Part shown: in pieces, positions 57,702 through 64,000 of the stretch
Layout: the number at the start of each line of letters is the position of its first letter
Position numbering within the stretch: the stretch's first letter is position 1
DNA from: Chitinophagales bacterium
Lineage (GTDB): Bacteria > Bacteroidota > Bacteroidia > Chitinophagales > LD1
DNA: 64,000 bases
Reading direction: 5' to 3'
NCBI GenBank assembly: GCA_046329535.1
Contig: JAXLUN010000001.1
Location: 514,856-578,855 of the forward strand
Program-made: the position numbers and the translations under genes
Notes under the pieces: generated by a model
The model's database searches: none
Told to the model about the DNA's origin: nothing
What the model saw: the letters and a program-made list of their open reading frames with translations, nothing else

Positions 57702-59363
57702 ATGAAAATCAGAATTTTTAAAACTATTTCGGTGTTGTTGCTGGCTATTGGCTTAATGTCTTTTGCAGATGACTACTTTGAAATATCTAAGAACATAGAT
57801 GTTTTTACTGCCTTGTATAAAGAGGTGAACACTTATTATGTTGATGATGTTGAACCTTCTAAATTAATGCGTTCATGTATTGATGGAATGCTGAAAACTC
57901 TAGACCCTTTCACTAATTATTTTTCCGGCTCACAGGTGGAGAATGCTAAAATTCAGCAGGGAGGTAAGTTTGGTGGATTGGGTATAGAAATTGAAGTAGT
58001 GAATAGCTACCCAGTCATTGTTTCGGTTACGCAAAATCAGCCTGCAGATATAAATGGGTTAAGAACTGGAGATATTATCAAGTCGATTGATGGAGCCAGC
58101 ACGAAGGATAAAAAGAAAGAAGATGTAGAAAAGATTCTGATAGGACAGCCTAAATCTTTGGTATCTCTTGGCATTGAGAGGAAGGAGACTCTACTGAATA
58201 CAAAGCTTTTATCATTCAACATTACCAGAGAGGAAATTCAGGAAACCTCAGTTCCTTTTTATGGTATGATTACCCCTGAGATTGGATGCATTAAGTTGAA
58301 AATTTTTAACGAGGGAGCCGGTAAAGATGTAAAAGATGCGTTTGATAGTTTAAAAAGGATTAATCCGGAACTAAAAGGGTTGATTCTTGATTTGCGTGGT
58401 AATCCCGGAGGTTTGTTGAACGAAGCGGTAAACATTGTCAATGTCTTTGTTGAAAAAAACAAGTTGGTAGTTACAACTAAGGGTAAGGTTGATGAATGGA
58501 ATAATACTTTTAAAACACTCAATGAGCCCAGCGATACCAGAATTCCGTTGGTATTGATTACCAACTCATCCAGTGCGTCTGCATCAGAAATTGTGTCGGG
58601 AACCATGCAGGATTATGACAGAGGGGTAGTTATTGGACAGAGAACTTATGGAAAGGGATTGGTACAAGTAACAAAACCACTTTCTTACAATACTGTATTG
58701 AAGGTGACCACAGCTAAATACTATATACCTACAGGCAGATGTATCCAGGCTCTGAATTATGCCGAAAAGAATACAGATGGCAGTGTTAAGAGAATACCAG
58801 ACTCTCTGAAAGTTGCTTTTAAAACATTGAAAACCGGAAGAACAGTTTATGATGGAGGAGGTGTCGATCCGGATGTAAAACTTACTAAACAAGAGCACAG
58901 TAAAATTGCGGAAACGCTTTATACTAAGAATTACATTTTTGATTTTGTGTCCAACTATCGGTTAGCTCACGATTCGATTGAAGACGCTGCTAAGTTCAAG
59001 CTTAGTGATAAAGACTTCAACGATTTTATTGCTTTTGTAAAAACTAAAGATTGCACCTATCAAACCGAAAGTGAAGAAAAACTTAATGCCTTGAAAGAAG
59101 CGGCTACAGATGAGAAGTATTTTGATGCAATTAAGTCTCATTATGAAGCTATCAGCAAAAAATTAGAGCATGATAAGGAGCAGGATATTATTAAGAACAA
59201 AGAGGAGATAGTTACAGTGATTGAAAACGAAATTGCCGGAAGATATTATTATGCTTATGGCAAAGTAAAAAAGAGCTACCAGAATGATCCGGAAGTAGCT
59301 AAAGCAATTGAGTTGATAAAAAATCCGCAGAAGTATAGTGAAATATTAACCGCCAAAAAATAA
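57702..59363 (+). CDS. S41-family C-terminal processing peptidase (copy 2, tandem paralogue)
   Basis: Same architecture and motifs (DLRGNPGGLL, SSSASASEIVSG, YGKGLVQ). Collinear with copy 1 over its whole length. Confidence 0.85.
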   Translation: MKIRIFKTISVLLLAIGLMSFADDYFEISKNIDVFTALYKEVNTYYVDDVEPSKLMRSCIDGMLKTLDPFTNYFSGSQVENAKIQQGGKFGGLGIEIEVVNSYPVIVSVTQNQPADINGLRTGDIIKSIDGASTKDKKKEDVEKILIGQPKSLVSLGIERKETLLNTKLLSFNITREEIQETSVPFYGMITPEIGCIKLKIFNEGAGKDVKDAFDSLKRINPELKGLILDLRGNPGGLLNEAVNIVNVFVEKNKLVVTTKGKVDEWNNTFKTLNEPSDTRIPLVLITNSSSASASEIVSGTMQDYDRGVVIGQRTYGKGLVQVTKPLSYNTVLKVTTAKYYIPTGRCIQALNYAEKNTDGSVKRIPDSLKVAFKTLKTGRTVYDGGGVDPDVKLTKQEHSKIAETLYTKNYIFDFVSNYRLAHDSIEDAAKFKLSDKDFNDFIAFVKTKDCTYQTESEEKLNALKEAATDEKYFDAIKSHYEAISKKLEHDKEQDIIKNKEEIVTVIENEIAGRYYYAYGKVKKSYQNDPEVAKAIELIKNPQKYSEILTAKK

Positions 59364-59364
59364 G

Positions 59365-59400
59365 CAATAAAAAAGCCGACATCAGTCGGCTTTTTTATTG
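59365..59400. terminator. Bidirectional terminator
   Basis: Perfect 16-bp arms caataaaaaagccgac / gtcggcttttttattg around the loop atca. Confidence 0.85.
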
Positions 59401-59414
59401 CTTATGACCGGATT

Positions 59415-60200
59415 TTATAATCCGTTAAAAGAAATGCCCACGGCAAACTCATTGGCTTTAGGTCCCTTATCTTTTTTGAAAACATCCAGAACTCCATAAT
59501 AGGCTGTAATGTTAAAGCTGGCATATCCAATTCTTATCATTGGTCCGAAACGCAGTAAATTGAAATCTGGAAAACGTCTTTCCACATTCACTTTGGTTAC
59601 GTTATTGATTTTTGTTTTCTGTTTCGTATGTGCATCTACACGAATACCGGCTTTAAATCCTACTGCAAACTTCCAACAGTTGTCAAATTTATCGGGATTG
59701 GTTTTTATTCTTAGTTCAACCGGAATATCAACGTATTGCAAGGAAATTTTGTTCACTTTGTAATCTCCCGGGTTACTTAATGCCACCAACGAACTTCCCG
59801 TTGAGTCTTCTACTAAACCATGACGGCTGTATATGTTTGAACAACTATAGCCTATTCCGGGGGCAATACTTACACGTGATTTTTTAATTCTAAAATCCCA
59901 GGAAAAATAGATGTTTACTCCTCTGGAGTACCATTTAGGGTTTAGATTTCCTCCTATAATTCGTGGGTCGCTATTTTTATAAATCCAGTTACTGAAAATG
60001 AAGTCAAAAGCAAAACGGTCTTTCGAAAATTTTTGAAACTTCTTTTCAACTTCATTCCGTTTAGCTTGTTTAGCTTGCTTTATTGCTTGTTGCTCGGCTG
60101 TAAGTTCTTTCTTTTTTTTCTCAACTTTAACAGAATCAACTTCGCTTGCAAATGCTGCTGAAGTAGTTAAAACTAAGAATGCAAATAGTATTTTTTTCAT
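59415..60200 (-). CDS. Outer-membrane beta-barrel protein (PorT/OMP_b-brl_2-like) with a Lys-rich N-terminal linker
   Basis: Signal peptide MKKILFAFLVLTTSAAFA, a KKKKELTAEQQAIKQAKQAKRNE linker, then an alternating beta-strand pattern. Confidence 0.5.
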   Translation of the reverse strand: MKKILFAFLVLTTSAAFASEVDSVKVEKKKKELTAEQQAIKQAKQAKRNEVEKKFQKFSKDRFAFDFIFSNWIYKNSDPRIIGGNLNPKWYSRGVNIYFSWDFRIKKSRVSIAPGIGYSCSNIYSRHGLVEDSTGSSLVALSNPGDYKVNKISLQYVDIPVELRIKTNPDKFDNCWKFAVGFKAGIRVDAHTKQKTKINNVTKVNVERRFPDFNLLRFGPMIRIGYASFNITAYYGVLDVFKKDKGPKANEFAVGISFNGL

Positions 60201-60260
60201 GATAACTTTTTTCGCCTATTGTAACGAGCGGCAAATGTAATTATTTTGTTCACGCAGACT

Positions 60261-61898
60261 TTACCCCAAATAGCGACCTTCAATGTTCATCCTACGTCCC
60301 ATGCCAAAGGCTTTAGGTGAAACTCTTAGTATAGGAGGTGTTTGAAAACGCTTCCATTCGTTACCATTTACTAGCTTCAATATTTTATCTACTAATACCT
60401 TATCAAATCCCATGGCGACCAATTCTCGGGGCCCTTGCCTTTTTTCAATGTATTGAAATAGGATTTTGTCAAGTATATCATATTCCGGTAACGAATCTGA
60501 ATCTTTTTGATTGGGCCGGAGTTCTGCCGATGGAGCTTTGGAAATAATATTGGAAGGAATTACTTCGCTATGCCTATTGATGAATTTACATAACTCATAC
60601 ACCTGAGTTTTATACACATCGCCCAATACAGCAAGACCTCCACACATATCACCATATAGTGTTCCATAGCCAACTGCAGCCTCACTTTTATTAGTTGTGT
60701 TAAGAAGAATGTATCCAAATTTATTACTGAATGCCATTAGCAATACTCCTCTAACTCTGGCCTGAAGATTCTCTTCAGCCACATTAAAAGGAAGGTCTTT
60801 AAAAAAAGGATGGAGTGTATCGAGAAAGCTTTGGAATGTAGCTTCTATAGGTACCACGTCATATGAGGTATTCAGGTTTTCTGCAAGTTTACGAGCGTCC
60901 GTTAAAGAATGATCAGATGAAAAGCCGGAAGGAAGTAAGAGGGACATTACATTCTCTTTTCCTAATGCTTGTGTAGCCAGATACAAAACGAGAGCAGAAT
61001 CAACTCCACCGCTTAACCCTAGGATTGCTTTTTTAAATCCAAGTTTATCAAAGTAATCGCGAATTCCAGTAATCAAAGCATCGTGTATCAACTCAATATT
61101 CGAATGTGATTGTAAAGATTTTTCGGACTTCTCTTTGAGTGATTCGGTATCAAAGCAAAGGTGAGCCTCTTCAAAAAAAGGCAGTTGTTCTACCACCTCG
61201 CAATCTTTGTTCATGACTACACTGCCACCATCAAAAATCAACTCAGTTTGTGCTCCCACCTGGTTGACATACACCATTGGAATTTTATATCGCTCTACAT
61301 TGGCCCGAATAACTTTAACTCTCTCCTCATGCTGATTGTAATGGAAAGGTGATGCCGACAGATTTATCATTAAATCAGGAGATTTTTTTATCAGGTGATC
61401 CATTGGACAAACTGTATAGAGCGGATTATCATTTCCTACGTTCCATATGTCTTCGCAAATAGTTATTGCCAGTTTCTTTCCCTTAAACTCAATAATTTCA
61501 AACTGATTATTGGGTTCAAAATATCGGTATTCGTCAAAAACATCGTAGGTTGGCAGTAATGTCTTATCTATTATCTGCTGAACTTTTCCTTCATAAATAA
61601 AAAAAGCTGAGTTGAATAAATCTTTCCCGGCTTTGACCGGATTTTTTCTGGGACAACCCAGAAGCACTGCTACTTGGTAGCTATGTTTGGCAATTTCATC
61701 TACAGACTTTTCGCAGTGAGAGATAAAATCATCAAACTCTAAGAAGTCTCTTGCCGGATAGCCACTGATACATAGCTCGCTGAAGACAATTACATCTGCA
61801 CCTTGTAACTCCGCTTTAGTTATAGCAGCGATGATTTTTTGGTTATTAGCTTTAAAATTTCCAACATGGTAATTGAGTTGAGCTAGAAATATTTTCAT
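60261..61898 (-). CDS. nadE: Glutamine-dependent NAD+ synthetase
   Basis: N-terminal CN-hydrolase domain (FSELCISGY; ITICEDIW) and a C-terminal PP-loop (GLSGGVDSA). Confidence 0.92.
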   Translation of the reverse strand: MKIFLAQLNYHVGNFKANNQKIIAAITKAELQGADVIVFSELCISGYPARDFLEFDDFISHCEKSVDEIAKHSYQVAVLLGCPRKNPVKAGKDLFNSAFFIYEGKVQQIIDKTLLPTYDVFDEYRYFEPNNQFEIIEFKGKKLAITICEDIWNVGNDNPLYTVCPMDHLIKKSPDLMINLSASPFHYNQHEERVKVIRANVERYKIPMVYVNQVGAQTELIFDGGSVVMNKDCEVVEQLPFFEEAHLCFDTESLKEKSEKSLQSHSNIELIHDALITGIRDYFDKLGFKKAILGLSGGVDSALVLYLATQALGKENVMSLLLPSGFSSDHSLTDARKLAENLNTSYDVVPIEATFQSFLDTLHPFFKDLPFNVAEENLQARVRGVLLMAFSNKFGYILLNTTNKSEAAVGYGTLYGDMCGGLAVLGDVYKTQVYELCKFINRHSEVIPSNIISKAPSAELRPNQKDSDSLPEYDILDKILFQYIEKRQGPRELVAMGFDKVLVDKILKLVNGNEWKRFQTPPILRVSPKAFGMGRRMNIEGRYLG

Positions 61899-61914
61899 CA
61901 GTTATTCGGTAATT

Positions 61915-62664
61915 TTAAAATAATACCCCTACTCTCAAACTCATAAAGCGCATCACATTCGGCTCTTTTTTAGGGTCAGCCGATTTGTCGAGAATATTAT
62001 TGATAAAGCCGTTATGGTAAAACAAGCCAACCAGAAGTGACGCTTTTTCATCAAACCGGTATTCAAAACCCCCACCAGCGCCTAAACGTACATCAATAAA
62101 ATTTGAACGGAAATCTTTGATGGACCTGGTTACATCATTATTCTTCTTCAGGATATTTTCCTTTTCAATATTGATTTCATACTCAGTGGGTGATTTTATT
62201 AAAAGCGGAATCGGATTATCGTATGTAGCACGCGCACTTACGGTGGCATTCAGGGCAATGCCTAGCTGCCCCCATACACTAAACTTGCTGTCTTTAATAT
62301 CGTTGGTTTTAAACTTTAGATAAAAAGGGAGTTCGAGATAGTGAAAAGCATACTTTTCATTTACGGTGCGAGTGATGTTGCCGGCTGTATCGTATGTTTG
62401 AAATGCATCACGTGATTGAATATTACAGCCATCAAAAGAACCACCAAGCCCGGTAGCTAAGCCATAGTTTTTGGCAAACCAGTATTCAAGGACAAACCCG
62501 TATGAAGTACCAAACCTGGGTTTTCCTTTCAGTAAATCTTTACCCATTGGTTTAGACCATGCTATGCCCGGAGAAACCTGTAGGCCCAATCGAATTTTTT
62601 CATTCAGTGAATAACCCTTTATGCCAAGGGTGAGGAGAATAATCAATAATAAATTTCGTTTCAT
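61915..62664 (-). CDS. PorT-family-like outer-membrane beta-barrel protein
   Basis: Signal peptide, about 230-aa mature barrel with an alternating pattern, C-terminal LRVGVLF. Confidence 0.55.
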   Translation of the reverse strand: MKRNLLLIILLTLGIKGYSLNEKIRLGLQVSPGIAWSKPMGKDLLKGKPRFGTSYGFVLEYWFAKNYGLATGLGGSFDGCNIQSRDAFQTYDTAGNITRTVNEKYAFHYLELPFYLKFKTNDIKDSKFSVWGQLGIALNATVSARATYDNPIPLLIKSPTEYEINIEKENILKKNNDVTRSIKDFRSNFIDVRLGAGGGFEYRFDEKASLLVGLFYHNGFINNILDKSADPKKEPNVMRFMSLRVGVLF

Positions 62665-62720
62665 ACAGGGTGATAATTAGGTAAGGCAAATTTGCATTTC
62701 TATTTTAGCATTTTATACCC

Positions 62721-63770
62721 ATGAGAGATTATATAAAAATAATGCCGTTGTTGATTGTGCTTGCCTTGAGTGGATGTAACAAGCACAAAAGTAGAGAAAA
62801 ACCTGACGTATCAGCCATTAAAATAAGTATTAAACTTCAACGATTTGATGATGATCTTTCCCAAATGAAAGGAAATGATTTTGTTAAACAACAGGAGTTA
62901 ATGAGTCAGAAATATGGACCATTCTATAACTTCTATGTAGGTCAGTTTATAGTTGGGCCCAGGCTTACTGGAGATACTTTGAATATTACCACTGAGGCTA
63001 TTCAGAAATTTCTGAATGATGATTATGTCAAAAGAATTCAGGATTCTATTAACGTTCATTTTACCGATGTGTCAGATGTAGAAACGGAATTGAGTAGTGC
63101 TCTTCGATACTGCAAATACTATTTTCCTGAGATACAAATTCCTCAAGTTGTAGCTGTCAATTCCGGATTTTCCCTAGGCTCATTTACTTACGGCAAGGAT
63201 GTGTTGGGGATCGGCCTTGACCTGTATTTAGGAAGTGATAATCCGGATTATGATAGTGCCGGAATTTACCAATATGTTCAGCATAAAATGTGCCGCGGTT
63301 ATATTGCCAGAAACTCTATGGAAGTGATGTATAACCTATATTTCGGTGATGAAGAATCTTCTTTAGAGAAGCCACTGATAGAGGCCATGATTGATAAGGG
63401 TAAGAAGATTTATTTTCTATCTTATGTATTACCCGATGCCCCGGATAGTTTACTGGTAGGGTTTACTCAGCAACAAACAAAATGGTGCGAAAGCAGTGAA
63501 TACGAAATCTGGAAATTTCTGAATGACAAGGACCTCCTTTACAAGAATGATTATATGGACAAGAAGCGATATCTTAACGAAGGACCAACCACAGCCGGAA
63601 TGCCGGCAGATGCTCCGGGTAATATTGGAAGTTGGATAGGATTGCAGATTGTACGAAAGTTTATGGCTAACACAGGAGGTAAAACATCTCTGCATGATTT
63701 AATTACAAAATACGACTCGAAGGTAATTTTGGAAAAGTCAAAATATCGGCCTGGTAAAGGTGTTTTTTAA
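62721..63770 (+). CDS. gldB: Gliding-motility lipoprotein GldB
   Basis: Lipobox LALSGC. The segments SIKLQRFDDDL, QQQTKWCESSEYEIWKFL, APGNIGSWIGLQIVRKFM and EKSKYRPGK parallel Flavobacterium GldB as I recall it. Confidence 0.7.
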   Translation: MRDYIKIMPLLIVLALSGCNKHKSREKPDVSAIKISIKLQRFDDDLSQMKGNDFVKQQELMSQKYGPFYNFYVGQFIVGPRLTGDTLNITTEAIQKFLNDDYVKRIQDSINVHFTDVSDVETELSSALRYCKYYFPEIQIPQVVAVNSGFSLGSFTYGKDVLGIGLDLYLGSDNPDYDSAGIYQYVQHKMCRGYIARNSMEVMYNLYFGDEESSLEKPLIEAMIDKGKKIYFLSYVLPDAPDSLLVGFTQQQTKWCESSEYEIWKFLNDKDLLYKNDYMDKKRYLNEGPTTAGMPADAPGNIGSWIGLQIVRKFMANTGGKTSLHDLITKYDSKVILEKSKYRPGKGVF

Positions 63771-63833
63771 ATATTCGTTTTAGAGGTATAAAATCCTACT
63801 TTTGGAGCAAGCGAATAAACTACATATTGCAAG

Positions 63834-64000
63834 ATGGAGCAAAAGGGAAAAGAACAGTGGTATAACAAGCTTTTCAGAATTATTAATTCAGCCGTTTGTT
63901 TCTCATTGGCTTATATCATTCTAACTTTGGCTGATTGGCTGGCCATGGGTCTGGTCGGTAAACTCTTTTTTAAGTTCGATGTATTTGTTCATTATTACGG
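63834..64000 (+). CDS. Membrane protein, 3' end runs off the window
   Basis: The frame is open from the ATG at 63834 (MEQKGKEQWYNKLFRIINSAVCFSLAYIILTLADWLAMGLVGKLFF..) to the window edge. Confidence 0.35.
   Translation, partial: MEQKGKEQWYNKLFRIINSAVCFSLAYIILTLADWLAMGLVGKLFFKFDVFVHYY

Overview
This 64-kb chromosomal window reads like a Bacteroidota genome. Supporting signs are T9SS C-terminal sorting domains, gldB, PorT-like beta-barrels, a sigma-54/NtrC-type regulator next to kdp, very short 5' leaders, and roughly 40-45% GC by eye. I support about 60 protein genes, one tRNA-Met(CAT) and several hairpin terminators. I saw no rRNA, CRISPR array, transposase or integrase.

Most of the window is housekeeping: yicC, gmk, apaG, rlmD, uvrB, serA, glyA, rfbA, galE, fabH, serS, rho, rpmH-rnpA-yidD and nadE.

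The most distinctive block is 30.3-41.8 kb, a kdp potassium-uptake locus with a non-canonical layout:
- an NtrC-type sigma-54 activator;
- an A/T-richer Mrr-cat-like PD-(D/E)xK nuclease gene inserted directly after it;
- a candidate sigma-54 promoter with an upstream inverted repeat;
- an unknown 115-aa gene and two tandem KdpF-like micropeptides, both peptides absent from the ORF track;
- kdpABC, an embedded porin, and a KdpD sensor split into two proteins.

Other items worth a second look:
- a collagen-like GxT-repeat secreted protein in an operon with a small T9SS cargo protein;
- a protein with six 19-aa WxWDG repeats;
- a divergent pair of a holin-like DUF360 gene and an exported Cys-rich DUF4258-like gene;
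- an MBOAT plus SGNH-like pair;
- rnpA, which lacks a canonical start downstream of rpmH;
- a roughly 450-bp intergenic region upstream of uvrB whose first ~300 bp are extremely A/T-rich.

All family assignments come from motif recognition by eye. No database search, HMM or composition calculation was run.
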